This document shows, piece after piece, positions 25,275 through 38,220 of a DNA stretch of 64,000 bases. Positions within the stretch are counted from its first letter, which is position 1, and each line of letters begins with the position of its first letter. Source of the DNA: Leucoraja ocellata (lineage: Eukaryota); assembly GCA_036785375.1 (NCBI GenBank), contig JAWMAR010000666.1:434001-498000 (forward strand), in the 5' to 3' direction. The notes beneath the pieces are model-generated. The model was not told the origin of the DNA. It saw only the letters and a program-made list of their open reading frames with translations, and did no database searches. Position numbers and translations under genes: made by a program.

Positions 25275-25622
25275 GTGAATTTCTCGTTATTGTACCGGGC
25301 GATGGTTTTGTAGCCACTGTAGGTGGAGATGTGGTGTTGGAATGTCAGCTTGTACCAGATATATTGACCAGCAACATGGTCGTGCAGTGGAGGAAGACAG
25401 GTCTCATCTCGCCAGTCCTTGTGTACAGACATGGACACAATGACACCCTCGCTCAACACCAGGATTACAGAGCAAGGACCGAACTGTTTAAAGATGAAGT
25501 GACCAAAGGGAACATTTCCCTCAGAATAAAGAACGTAACAAGGTTTGATGAAGGGGAATATACATGTTCAGTTACAGAGGGAACCGAGTATGAAGATTCT
25601 CCAGCTCAACTACAAGTTCGAG
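25275..25622 (+). CDS. Butyrophilin/B7-family IgV exon 1 (348 nt, phase 1-1)
   Basis: cgcag| ... |gtgagt; VVLECQL, VQW, QDYRARTELFKDEVTKGNISLRI and DEGEYTC are the BTN/B7 IgV signature; frame is open. Confidence 0.93.
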
Positions 25623-27474
25623 GTGAGTAAGTAAAACATCGATGATTGATGATAAATGTAAAACGAACAGATTGTAAAGAGCGTTCACTCAACAATGTTG
25701 ATTTATAATGACATAATTAACAACTTGCTGCTGTTGTAATGTTTATATTGAGAAGTAACTTGAGTAAATGGAGAAAGGGTTTCATCCCGAAACCTTGCCT
25801 GTTTCCTTCGCTCCATAGATGCTGCCTCACCCGCTGTTTCTCCAGCATTTTTGTCTACCTTTGAGTAAATGAAGGGCAGCCATGGGAATGTATTTAACTG
25901 GAGTTCCATCACATCTGTCCCAGTGTTTTTCATTGAGGGGAATGGAGAATGGATGTAGGGAAGATGCATCACAGTTGTACAGGATGTTGTTGAGATCTCA
26001 CCTGGGGCACAGTGTACAGTCTTTGTCTCCTTACTGAAAGAAAAATGTACTTGCCATATGCAGCATATATGTACACATATATGTGTATATATATATACAT
26101 ATATATACTCTCCCTTTGAATCTCCACCTCGTTGCGCTCATTTCCCAAATCAAGGTCAAGTATAATCCCACCGAGCGATGTATTAACTGCCTAGTGTGTC
26201 AGGAAACCCTTCTAGATGTATCAAACAAATGCTGCCACATCTAAGTCCTTGCCCCAGAGGCATTCAAGGTGAATATTGGTTGGTTGTAGAGGATGACTTC
26301 AAATTTTACTTCGGAATCACGTGAGTGACTATGTGAAGAGCCCGCCTCAGGACGCATGTGCGGCATTACGTTTCAGCAAGCAACAGCGGCGGCGGGAAAC
26401 AGGGCTCCCGCTACAATTTGAAAAACTAAGCTTTAGGTAAGTACTTACCTTTATTCTAACAGCCCCTCGCGTCTGCTTGTTCCCCGTAGGGCATGCAAGC
26501 GGCCCCCTTGGACTCCGGGGAAGGAGTGTTCCGTTCGCGGAAGGGGGGGGGGGAAAGACGCCACCAGGACCGCACACACGGCGGACCACGGACTGGGAGC
26601 TGTGCCGGTGCCGGTACCAATCCACACAGGGGCGACAACGGAGAGAGGACGGCGCTTGCACTCTTTCCTCTCAGGAGGTTCCCCTCAGTCCTCGCTCGCC
26701 CCTCGAGTAGCTGGCCAGGTGAAGGCTGGCAGGCGGGCGGGCGGAGGCTTCCGGCCATCGGAGCCGATGAATGGGCGGACCCACTACCGCAGTGTTGGCG
26801 TGGAGTGCACTGCACTCTAACAGCAGCCCGAGTGCAGGAGAGAGAGAGAGCTAACCAGCGCTCCGCTCCCGACACTGCACGAAACCCGTCAGCACTTCAG
26901 CAGCGGGCTGGGAAGAACGCTGCACCTGCCCGCTCGACGGAGGAGCGTCTCATTGCGGGGACAGTACAGGCGGTAGGACCGCTTAGCGGGCGGTCCGCTA
27001 CCCCGACACCGCGACCGAGCCCAGCCCCGCTAGCGCCTGAGCAGCGGGCTGGATGTATGTAAAAACCGGCCGGTGGTTCCGACATCGGACGGCGTCGTCT
27101 CTCCACCCAGGAGGGGAGAGACGGCCGCCTGAGCTGCAGGAGCGGCTCTTGGGCATTGGATAACAGAGGTGAGTTGCAGTTGTGTTTTGCAGGTTTCAGG
27201 AATCATGTCACAACGCAGAAAACTCTCAAAGAGAAACTGCCCCGCTCCAACTCTACCAGCGGGGCAGCAACCGGCGGCAGCGTCGCTCTCAGAGCGGTTT
27301 CGCTATCCCTGAGACCGAGCCAAGCCCAGTCTCGCCAGAGCCTGCACGGCGGACTGGGAAAGCGGCCAGGAAGCCAAGCGGCCGGTCGTCTCCGATTCGT
27401 CGGAGGGGGACATGTCTCCACCAAAGCAGAAGAGAGACAGCCGCCTGAGCTGCATTTAGCAGCTCCTGGAGGAG

Positions 27475-28442
27475 ATGGTCCACCGGGAACAGCAGCGCTC
27501 CCGGCGAGACAGGACAGGTACCTCCTCCATAGTGTCGTGTCAGGCACTGCCCTTTGCTACCTCATACCACGGGCTGGAGCAGGAGGCTAGCATTGGTGAC
27601 CAGGGCAGGGCTGGTCGGGAAATGGGGCAGGCGGACGAAATCAGGAGTATGCATGGGGTGCAGGAACAGGAACAGCTGTTGGTTGTGGTGGACCGCTTTG
27701 TAGCAACCCCACGGGCTGGAGCACCGCTGGAGTCAAAAAAGGCAGCCAGTATTAATCACCTATCCAACAAACCTCTACTGGAGAAGGTGCTCGCCGAGGT
27801 GCTGCAAGAACATACAGCACCAGAGAACTGTGAGGCCCTTAAGGGAAAAAAGCCTCAACAGCCAAATCTGGGAAAATGTGGGGGCCCTTATGCGGGCACA
27901 AAAACTCAAGCTACAGCGGATCCTAAGGCTCCTGACGTCAGCTATCACAGCCTATGCTCATTCTGTGGAGACAACGGAGATGAATACATACCAGCAGGGT
28001 GTGCTGGCATTAAGGTGTACCACACAATTCGAACTAAACGATCTCCGGAGGGAAAATATAAGACCTGCCCTCAATCCCAAAATTTGCAGGCTTGTGTAAA
28101 GCCCCAGCTGCGGAGGCAGACTCACTGCTATTTGGGAGAGATCTGAACAAAAAGCTGAAGGAGATGGAAGAGGCATCAAAAACCTTCGGCATCATGAGGG
28201 CAGGCCCCGCGACGAGCAAACCACGAACAACTCTGATACCCAAGCGGCAGCACCCCACGGCATCCACCAGTCGACGTCTGGAATATGGGACTGGTGAAAG
28301 CTTGGGGCCGCATTATCCCCAAACATCTTTTTTAGATCAGGGCCCGCCGCGGACCCCCTGGAAAATGCGCCTCCCCCCAACATCGCCAGCACATCGACAG
28401 AACAAAACACAAAGAAAACAGAAAAGACAAAATCGCCAATAA
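27475..28442 (+). pseudogene. DIRS gag-like ORF (frameshifted)
   Basis: Position before RT; fragments such as NSQIWENV and LLFGRDL. Confidence 0.6.
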
Positions 28443-28444
28443 CC

Positions 28445-30360
28445 ATGGAGGTAGGTGGATCTGGTTCCTACCAGCATATAGAGAATAAGGGTGCTTTACT
28501 AACAGGGGGGAGGTTACACTTGTTTAAGAAAGCATGGGGAATGATCACCAGTGATAAGTATATACTCAACAGCATAGGAGGATATAAAATTCAGTTTATA
28601 TCAGAAACAACACCGCCAGTTCAACATTGGCCCGAAAGGGTATTTTCTCCCTCCAAAAAAGAGCAACGGGAGGGACAAGCTGAACTGGTAAGGCTTATAA
28701 ATAAGGGGGTCATAGAAAAGACCAAACATGAACCCTTGGAATTTGTATCCAATATATTTACCAAAACCAAAAAAGATGGTGGATGCCGCATCATCATTGA
28801 CTTAACTAATGAGTTAAGTCAATTGTTAAGTATATACATTTAAAAATGGAAACATTTGTGACTGCTAGACAATTGATTTCCAAAGGATACTATATGGCAA
28901 GCATTGACCTCAAGGATGCTTACTATCTGGTACCCATACGTAAGGATTATAGCAGATACCTAAAATTTATCTGGATGGGGCAGCTGTGGCAGTACAAAGC
29001 TTTGCCTAATGGGCTCACATCAGCCCCAAGATTATTCACAAAAATATTAAAGCCAGCCATGGCAATATTAAGGAAACAAAAACATATAGTCATGGCATAT
29101 TTGGATGACATCCTCATAGTAGGAAAAACTATGGAATTAGCTGTGGCAGCAGTATCAGCTACAAAACAGCTCCTTGAAACTCTGGGATTCGTCCTACATC
29201 CAGATAAATCCAAGTTAAATCCATCCTCTATCATGGACTACCTGGGGTTCACAATTAACTCAGTCCAAATGACTATTACCCTGCCAAGGGAAAAGATGAT
29301 TGCATTAGCACAATCATGCAATAATTTAATAGTCAACAAAAGACCAACAATTCGACAAGTAGCAACAGTAATTGGTAAAATGGTAGCAGCATTTCCGGCT
29401 ATACAATTTGGACCTTTGCATTATCAAAATTTACAAAGAGCAAAGGTGCAGGCACTAAAACAACATAAAGGTCACTATGATCGGGTCATGATGTTACCCA
29501 CTGAAGCAATATCAGAGCTACAGTGGTGGACACAAAATATTTGGCATAGTTGTAGTCCTATTATCATTACTAATCCTACTTTAGTTTTTCAAACAGATGC
29601 CAGTGCTCAAGGCTGAGGAGCAACTAACTCCATATCCAGCACAGGTGGTAGATGGACTAACTCAGAATCGTCATTACTATCTACACTGGGCATTAACTAT
29701 TTAGAAATGTTGGGCGCCTTTTATGGTTTAAAAGCATATGCATCAAATATGCAGCACTTGCATGTTCGATTACAAATAGATAATACTACGGTGGTGGCTT
29801 ATATTAACCATATGGGCGGCATAAAATCTTTATCGTGCGACAAATTGGTCAATATGATTTGGCAATGGTGTGCCGAAAGACAGCTACCAGGTAAGCTAAA
29901 CACAGTGGCAGACACCAGGTCACACAAATTCAATGACAACATTGAATGGATGTTAAATCCTAAAGCATTTGCTAAAATTGTCAAGCAATATGGAACGCCA
30001 GATATCGATTTATTTGCATCAAGACTAAATCACCAATTAACTATGTATGTCGCTTGGGAACCAGATCCAGAGGCAGCAGCGGTAGATGCCTTCACGCTGG
30101 ATTGGGGAAAGTTCTTTTTCTATGCCTTTCCTCCCTTCTGCCTCATCAGTCGGGTACTTCGCAAAATCCAGATGGACTCGGCTTCTGGTATTTTGGTGGT
30201 ACCCGACTGGCCTACACAGCCATGGTTCCCAGTACTACATGACATGGTGGTGGAATCACCAATGTTGTTTCCCAGTCATCCAGGACTATTGATTCACCCA
30301 GTGTCAGGCATAAGCCACCCATGCCATCAAGACATTAAACTCCTGGCTTGCAGATTCTGA
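28445..30360 (+). pseudogene. DIRS RT-RNaseH-methyltransferase-like ORF (frameshift ~28810-28845, TGA at 29614-29616)
   Basis: SIDLKDAY, LPNGLTSAPRLFTK, YLDD, QTDAS*G, DNTTVVAYIN, DIDLFAS, YAFPPF and WPTQPWF motifs. Confidence 0.92.
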
Positions 30361-30407
30361 ACAGACCCTACCTGGACCTGGGATTATCCGAACAAACCAT
30401 CACCACC

Positions 30408-31331
30408 ATGTCAGCATCCCTGCGAACATCTACCAAGAGGTAGTACTTAACCAGCAACAAGAAATGGGAGAAGTACTGCCAAGAAATAGGGGCTTCATAT
30501 GAAACAGCCACAGTAGCCAACGTACTGGAGTTCCTGGCCTACCTACACCATCATGAAGGGATTAGCTACAGTGCCATCAACACGGCACGTAGTGCCCTCT
30601 CCGCTTACCTCAAACCAGCAGGACATCAGCCAATGGGATCCCATCCACTGGTGGTTAAATTGATGAGGGGCATTTATAACATCAAGCCCCCCAAGCCCAG
30701 GTATACTTATATTTGGGACATCAGTGTCGTACTGACATACCTCCAGGAATGGCCACCAGCTAGATCCCTCAGCCTCGAGCAATCAACACTGAAGACGCTC
30801 ATGCTGATGGCACTGGTATCTGCTCAGAGGGTCCAGTCGCTACACAAATTGAGACTGGACAACATGAAAACAACTCCAGACCAGATAACATTCATTCTAC
30901 AAGGTCTGGTAAAACAAAGCAGGCCAGGAACATCCAACGCGCTAGTGGTATTCCGGGCCTACCCACCAGAGCCACGGTTGTGTGTGGTGACCCACCTCAT
31001 ACAGTATATCGACACAACCCATAACATCCGAGGGAGTGAACAAGCCTTATGGGTCAGCCACAAAAATCCTCATGGCCGGGTAACAAGCCAGACCATCTCA
31101 AGATGGCTAAAACAGGTATTGGAAGCTGCTGGGATAGATATTAACACTTTTAAATCTCATTCCACCAGGGCAGCCTCCACATCAACGGCAGCTAGGATGG
31201 ATGTGCCGATTGGCCTCATCCTGAATACAGCAGGATGGTCGAGGGAATCCACATTCCGAACATTCTATAATAAGCCATTGATGAAGCCTGATTTGTTTGC
31301 AGCAAAAATATTAGAAGCTGCAAATATTTAA
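30408..31331 (+). pseudogene. DIRS tyrosine recombinase (catalytic part open 30633-31331)
   Basis: SAQRVQSL (R), HSTRAAS (HxxR) and AGW...TFRTFY (Y); stop codon in the N-terminal part. Confidence 0.9.
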
Positions 31332-32014
31332 TTTAAGCCCAGGGGAGCAATTTTGTTTTTTTGTTATTGTTAATAAATACCTTTTGTTTTTCTTGAAAAA
31401 CAGATTCATTGGTTAATTACGATAACACTTCCTTCAAGAGCTTTCGGCAGTGAGCGAGTAAAACTGTTACACGGTTTGAAATCACAGAGCTTTGAAATCT
31501 TCACGTAGTCACTCACGTGACTCCGAAGTAAAATAGTAAGATTAAACGAGAACTTACCAGTTTGAAGTTTGATCTGTATTTTATGAGGAGTTACGATGAG
31601 GGATTACATGCCCTCCGCTCCCACCCTCATTATATGGATCAAACTGATAATTTGATGTCTCTTTTTCTTTACTATGTTACTTCAAATACTTGTGTCTATC
31701 TGTGATTCCACACCGCTGCTTGGAAGTATGCCGCACCTGCGCCCTGAGCGGGTTCTTCACGTAATCCCTCATCGTAACTCCTCATAAAATACAGATCAAA
31801 CTTCAAACTGGTAAGTTCTCGTTTAATCTTACTATTCTGTTCCATTCTGTTTGTAGTTTGTTTTTGAACAAAGTCCGCGAGCATTTGCCACTGATCATAT
31901 CTTTGCACATCTCGTGTGTGTATGTGACGAATAGACTTGAGTTGACTTGATGAGGTGTTTGCGCAGCCAGTGATCAACAAGAACCAGTTTAGCAAGATTC
32001 CGGCCCGCATTGAG

Positions 32015-32695
32015 GAAGCCTCACCCTGTTTCACATTCTCCATTTCTGGTTTTCATTTGATGAAAACTTGAGAGGATTTCAACCTGTCTCTGTCTCTGTC
32101 TCTGTCTCTGTCTCTGTCTCCCCGGCGGCCGCTGTTCCCCTGCGGGAGTCCCGGACTCCAGGCTGAAGAAAGCGCTCTGTGTGACGCCGGTGACTTTACT
32201 CCGCGCTGTTGCTGGGCGCCGGTGACAGACTCGGCCCCCGGGGGTAAGGAGGGTCCCGGCCGGAGGGAGGGAGGGGAAGCGGCCGCGCCGGCCGGGGATT
32301 GATCAGGTGAGTGGGGTCTCCGGGACAACTCACGGCGCCGGAGCCGCTGGGACAAAGCGATCGATCACTCACCTGTTTGCCAGCGGCATTCGGTGAAAGG
32401 GAATCCCCGCTGTCCCGGCCCGGCCCGGCCCACTGCCCCCGGGGCACGGCTCGGTCCCAGGCCCCGGTAGGTTTCCGAAGTCTGGTCGCTCGGGAGCCGG
32501 TGCGGGTCAGGGAGGGAGGGAGGGAGGGAGGGAGGCGGCTGTCGGTGACACCTCGGGAGAGCTGGCCGTTCACCGGGATGTGTTTAATCCCAGTGGTCAC
32601 ATTCTGTATGTGACGGGCGGGCGGGCGGGATGTGGCCGCGATTGCAAGAAGGGAACTTGCTGCTCCACTGTGTGAAACTCTGGGCCGGCGGCGGC
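32015..32695. promoter_or_regulatory. CpG-island module copy 2 (near-identical to copy 1)
   Basis: 32135-32695 matches 20792-21343 apart from the (GGGA)n length and rare substitutions; donor cag|gtgagt at 32306/7; (TCTCTG)n at ~32084-32120. Confidence 0.7.
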
Positions 32696-32812
32696 CCGAA
32701 CACCGAGCGCGGCCGGAGTTGCGAGAGTGGGAAGAAACGGATCTGATTTTTAAACTCCTGCCGAAACAGGAAAAGCTGGATTTGTGGGCAAAGGAGGAGC
32801 TTCCTCTACATC

Positions 32813-33000
32813 GGCGGCACGGTAGAGTTGCTGCCCCACGGCGCCAGAGACCCGGGTTCGATCCTGACTACGGGTACTATCTGTACGGAGTTTGTACCTT
32901 CTCCCCGTGACCGCGTGGGGTTTCACCGAGATCCACACTGCAAAACCGTTGTTGGTTAATTGTCTTGGTATAAGTGTAAATTGTCCATTATGTGTAGGAT
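32813..33000 (+). mobile_element. tRNA-derived SINE (HE1/V-SINE-like)
   Basis: ggcggcacggt start, B-box ggttcgatcc, and core ggagtttgtaccttctccccgtgacc. Confidence 0.75.
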
Positions 33001-33004
33001 ATTG

Positions 33005-33635
33005 CAATGAGAACTAGAGAGGCAACACCTCGTTGTTCAAGAAAGAACAGCAGATGTGGGTAAAATCCAAGGTAGACACAAAATGCTGGAGAAACTCAGC
33101 GGGTGAGGCAGCATCTATGGAGAGAAGGAATTGGCGATGTTTCCACTCGATACCCTTCTTCAGTCTGAATTGTTCCTCTCCATAGATGCTGCCTCATCCG
33201 CTGAGTTTCTCCAGCATGTTGTGTCTACCTCGTTGACCATGCGTTGCCCACAGTGGAATGGACATCCACATTCTAATATCAGGTAACCCTCACAGCAGTG
33301 TTTCCGACCATCCTAACCACCTCTCCCTTCATTCCATTTATATCGCCTTTCCCGAACTGCCCCTCCATTTCCTCATCACCCAGTTTAATTTCCTCCCCTC
33401 CTGATTCCATCTGCCAACATCCCACATTTCATCCACCGAATCCTCTCCCCCAGCTGCTACTATCTGCCCTTCCTTCACCTCTCCATATGATTCCCCTTCT
33501 GTAACACATTCCGGCACTGGTTCCTCTGTGTTCCTGCTGATCACCATCCAGTGATGTCACTCTCCCCTCCCCATCTGCTCATCAACTTTCACCTCTTCTC
33601 AGCCCACCAAGGGGGTCCTGTCTCACCCCTCCCTC
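33005..33635 (+). mobile_element. Penelope-like element 3' remnant with an inserted short repeat
   Basis: ELERQHL... and ...GMDIHILI- resemble the recalled GIY-YIG C-terminus (LEEQHLIF...GMNIEF); followed by a pyrimidine-rich UTR. Confidence 0.45.
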
Positions 33636-33638
33636 TTA

Positions 33639-36600
33639 CATAGAAACATAGAAATTAGGTGCAGGAGTAGGCCATTCGGCCCTTCGAGCCTGCACAGCCA
33701 TTCATAGAAACATAGAAACATAGAAATTAGGTGCAGGAGTAGGCCATTCGACCCTTCGAGCCTGCACCGCTATTCAATATGATCATGGCTGACCATCCAA
33801 CTCAGTATCCTGTTCCTGCCTTCTCTCCATACCCTCTGATCCCCTTAGCCACAAGGGCCACATCTAACTCCCTCTTAAATATAGCCAATGAACTGGCCTC
33901 GACTACCCTCTGTGGCAGAGAGTTCCAGAGATTCGCCAGTCTCTGTGTGAAAAAAGTTCTTCTCATCTCGGTTTTAAAGGATTTCCCCCTTATCCTTAAG
34001 CTGTGACCCCTTGTCCTGGACTTCCCCAACATCGGGAACAATCTTCCTGCATCTAGCCTGTCCAACCCCTTAAGAATTTTGTAAGTTTCTATAAGATCCC
34101 CTCTCAATCTCCTAAATTCTAGAGAGTATAAACCAAGTCTATCCAGTCTTTCTTCATAAGACAGTCCTGACATTCCAGGAATCAGTCTGGTGAACCTTCT
34201 CTGCACTCCCTCTATGGCAATAATGTCCTTCCTCAGATTTGGAGACCAAAACTGTACGCAATACTCCAGGTGTGGTCTCACCAAGACCCTGTACAACTGC
34301 AGTAGAACCTCCCTGCTCCTATACTCAAATCCTTTTGCTATGAAAGCTAACATACCATTTACTTTCTTTACTGCCTGCTGCACCTGCATGCCCACTTTCA
34401 ATGACTGGTGTACCATGACACCCAGGTCTCGCTGCATCTCCCCTTTTCCTAGTCGGCCACCATTTAGATAATAGTCTGCTTTCCTGTTTTTGCCACCAAA
34501 ATGGATAACCTCACATTTATCCACATTATACTGCATCTGCCAAACATTTGCCCACTCACCCAGTCTATCCAAGTCACTGGATCCATTTTGCAGTCTCCTA
34601 GCATCCTCCTCACAGCTAACACTGCCCCCCAGCTTAGTGTCATCCGCAAACTTGGAGATATTGCCTTCAATTCCCTCATCCAGATCATTAATATATATTG
34701 TAAATAGCTGGGGTCCCAGCACTGAGCCTTGCGGTACCCCACTAGTCACTGCCTGCCATTGTGAAAAGGACCCGTTTACTCCTACTCTTTGCTTCCTGTT
34801 TGCCAGCCAGTTCTCTATCCACATCAGTACTGAACCCCCAATGCCGTGTACTTTAAGTTTGTATACTAATCTCATGTGGGATCTTGTCGAAAGCCTTCTG
34901 GAAGTCCAGATACACCACATCCACTGGTTTTCCCCTATCCACGCTACTAGTTACATCCTCGAAAAATTCTATAAGATTCGTCAGACATGATTTACCTTTC
35001 GTAAATCCATGCTGACTTTGTCCAATGATTTCACCACTTTCCAAATGTGCTGCTATCCCATCTTTAATAACTGACTCTAGCAGTTTCCCCACTACCGATG
35101 TTAGACTAACTGGTCTGTAATTCCCCATTTTCTCTCTCCCTCCCTTCTTAAAAAGTGGGGTTACATTTGCTACCCACCAATCTTCAGGAACTACTCCAGA
35201 ATCTAAAGAGTTTTGAAAGATTATTACTAATGCATCCAATATTTCTGGAGCTACTTCCTTAAGTACTCTGGGATGCAGCCTATCTGGCCCTGGGGATTTA
35301 TGGGCCTTTAATCCATTCAATTTACCCAACACCACTCCCCGGCTAACCTGGATTTCACTCAATTCCTCCAACTCCTTTGACCCGCGGTCCTCTGCTATTT
35401 CCGGCAAATTATTTATGTCTTCCTTAGTGAAGACGGAACCAAAGTAGTTATTCAATTGGTCCGCCATATCCTTGTTCCCCATGATAAATTCACCTGTTTC
35501 TGACTGCAAGGGACCTACATTTGTTTTAACTAATCTCTTTCTTTTCACATATCTATAAAACTTTTGCAGTCAGTTTTTATGTTCCCTGCCAGTTTTCTTT
35601 CATAATCTATTTTTCCTTTCCTAACTAAGCCCTTTGTCCTCCTCTGCTGGTCTCTGAATTTCTCTCAGTCCTCCGGTATGCTGCTTTTTCTGGCTAATTT
35701 GTACGCATCATCCTTCACTTTGATACTATCCCTGATTTCCCTTGTTATCCACGGATGTACTACCTTCCCTGATTTATTCTTTTGCCAAACTGGGATGAAC
35801 AATTTTTGTAGTTCATCCATGCAGTCTTTAAATGTCTTCCATTGCATATCCACCGTCAACCCTTTTAGAATTAATTGCCAGTCGATATTGGCCAATTCAC
35901 GTCTCATACCCTCAAAGTTACCTTTCTTTAAGTTCAGAACCATTGTTTCTGAATTAACAATGTCACTCTCCATCCTAATGAAGAACTCAACCATATTATG
36001 GTCACTCTTGCCCAAGGGGGCACGTACAACAAGATTGCTAACTAACCCTTCCTCATTACTCAATACCCAGTCTAAAATAGCCTGCTCTCTCGTTGGCTCC
36101 TCTACATGTTGATTTAGATAACTATCCCGCATACATTCCAAGAAATCCTCTTCCTCAGCACCCCTGCCAATTTGATTCACCCAATCTATATGTAGATTGA
36201 AGTCACCCATTATAACTGATTTGCCTTTGTCGCACGCATTTCTAATTTCCTGTTTGATACTATCTCCAACTTCACTACTACTGTTAGGTGGCCTGTACAC
36301 AACACCCACCAGCGTTTTCTGCCCCTTAGTGTTTCGCAGCTCTACCCATACCGATTCCACATCCTCCAAACTAATGTCCTTCCTTTCCATTGCGTTAATC
36401 TCCTCTCTAACCAGCAACGCTACCCCACCTCCTTTTCCTTTCTCTCTATCCCTCCTGAATATTGAATATCCCTGGATGTTCTTGACCTTGGTCACCCTGG
36501 AGCCATGTCTCCGTGATCCCAACTATATCATAGTCATTAATAGCTATCTGCACATTCAACTCATCCACCTTATTACGAATGCTCCTAGCATTGAGACACA

Positions 36601-36900
36601 AAGCCTTCAGGCTTGTTTTTACAACCCTCTTACCCCTTATACAATTATGTTGAAAAGTGGCCCTATTTGATTTTTGCCCGGGTAGTGTCTGCCTGCCACT
36701 TTTACTTTTCACCTTGCTACCTATTGCTTCTACCCTCATTTTACACCCCTCGGTCTCTACGCTCACACATTTAAGAAACCCTTTCCCTTTAACTCCATCC
36801 TCCACTATCCCATTCGACACCCCACCCCCCTTATTCAGTTTAAAGCCACCCGTGTAGCAGTGGCAAACCTGCCTGCCAGAATGCTGGTCCCACACTTTCC
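33639..36900 (-). mobile_element. CR1 LINE, near-full ORF2 plus the end of ORF1
   Basis: ORFs 35665-36522 (EN), 34853-35548 and 33802-34920 (RT); duplicated 3' tail at 33639-33770. Confidence 0.95.
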
Positions 36901-37159
36901 TCTGCACATCGGCTATCTTCCCTTCCACTCTTTGTTTTAATGTTTGTCTCGACTTGAACCATGGACATTTCTTCTCCCCTTTACCCCCCCCCCCCCAACA
37001 AATTGTTCTTGCTCCTGATTCGAGTATCTGCAGTCTCCCCTCTGTACTTTGACTTCTCACTGCAGCTCAACACATTGGAGATATTACAGCATTGTCCACT
37101 GCTACCCCCCCCCCCCTCTCTGCCTCTCCATATTTCTCCTCATCCCCACCCCCCCCCCA

Positions 37160-37502
37160 CCAGATCTCTCCTCAACCCACCCCCCAGCTCTCTCCTCACC
37201 CCCCCCAGCTCTCTCCTCACCCCCCCCAGCTCTCTCCTCACCCCCCCCCCAGCTCTCTCCTCACCCCCCAACTCTCTCCTCACCCCCCCCAGCTCTCTCC
37301 TCACCCCCCCCAACTCTCTCCTCCCCCCCCAACTCTCTCCTCACCCCCCAGCTCTCTCCTCACCCCCCAACTCTCTCCTCACCCCCCCAACTCTCTCCTC
37401 ACCCCCCCCCAACTCTCTCCTCACCCCCCAGCTCTCTCCTCACCCCCCCAGCTCTCCCCTCAACCCCCCCAGCTCTCTCCTCACCCCCCAGCTCTCTCCT
37501 CA
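37160..37502. repeat. C-rich ~19-22-bp minisatellite
   Basis: (C)n-a(g/a)ctctctcctca units repeated ~16 times. Confidence 0.93.
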
Positions 37503-37698
37503 CAAAATTTCAGTTTGTGTATGTTTTTGCTAATCTCGATAACTGATTTATTGTGAATGGATGTACCAGTTAAAATAACAGCAAATTAAATTCTTACTAT
37601 GAATAATATTCATGTCAATACTCTAGTGATGCTCCTTTTATTCAATGTTAATCAGCTTTCTCCCTTCAAGTCAAACTGTGCCGTGATTTCATCCCAAG

Positions 37699-37753
37699 AT
37701 GAAGGGAAGACACAGGATTGTACTGATCCTACTTCTCCAGACAGCAATGATGG
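37699..37753 (+). CDS. Butyrophilin-like leader exon 2 (too short for the ORF track)
   Basis: Exon 37656-37753 (atcag| ... G|gtaagc); aagATG; MKGRHRIVLILLLQTAMM with basic n-region and hydrophobic core; phase 1 matches IgV exon 2. Confidence 0.72.
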
Positions 37754-38220
37754 GTAAGCTGTGGAATAGTCACTGCAACAGTCAATCGTGCCTTGTTCAG
37801 TAGTTTGCACACTCGGTCTAGTCTTGCATGAGTTGAGACTGGGCGGAAACGGAACAGTCAGCAGCCGCATGGGTCAAGTCGGACATGGTGGATTCAAAGC
37901 CCATGCTGAGCCCTGAGCACAGCTTTAGGCTGATAATGCTGCTCTGTTTTAGCTACTGTCTTTAGTTGTGATGAAACTGTTGACCAGAAGAGCATGTCCC
38001 CTGAAGAGGAACGTGTTCGGCTGCCTGAATATTGTTTGTCCTTCAGCAGTGTCACTGAAAGCAAATATCTTGTCGATATCACATTGCTGCCTGTGTGAGC
38101 TTGTACATTTGGCTTCCTGCATCACAACCGTGATGACACTTCCCTTGGCACCAAATGTCTACTGACGCCTGTTGGGATGTGCTCAGGTTGGCAAATACTC
38201 TTCCATTTCTATATTCTTAC

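Larger units (their letters stand above)
26304..31836 (+). mobile_element. DIRS1-type tyrosine-recombinase retrotransposon, structurally complete but disabled
   Basis: Left terminus 26304-26340 and right terminus 31761-31836 are each complementary to the ICR at 31498-31607; imperfect ITRs; gag/RT/RNaseH/MT/YR order. Confidence 0.93.

Noticed and set aside
29707-30360. Adenine methyltransferase-like ORF as a horizontally acquired host gene
   Set aside because: It is the known MT domain of DIRS elements, embedded between RNaseH and YR.
36961-37556. Proline-rich ORFs
   Set aside because: Translations of a C-rich minisatellite.
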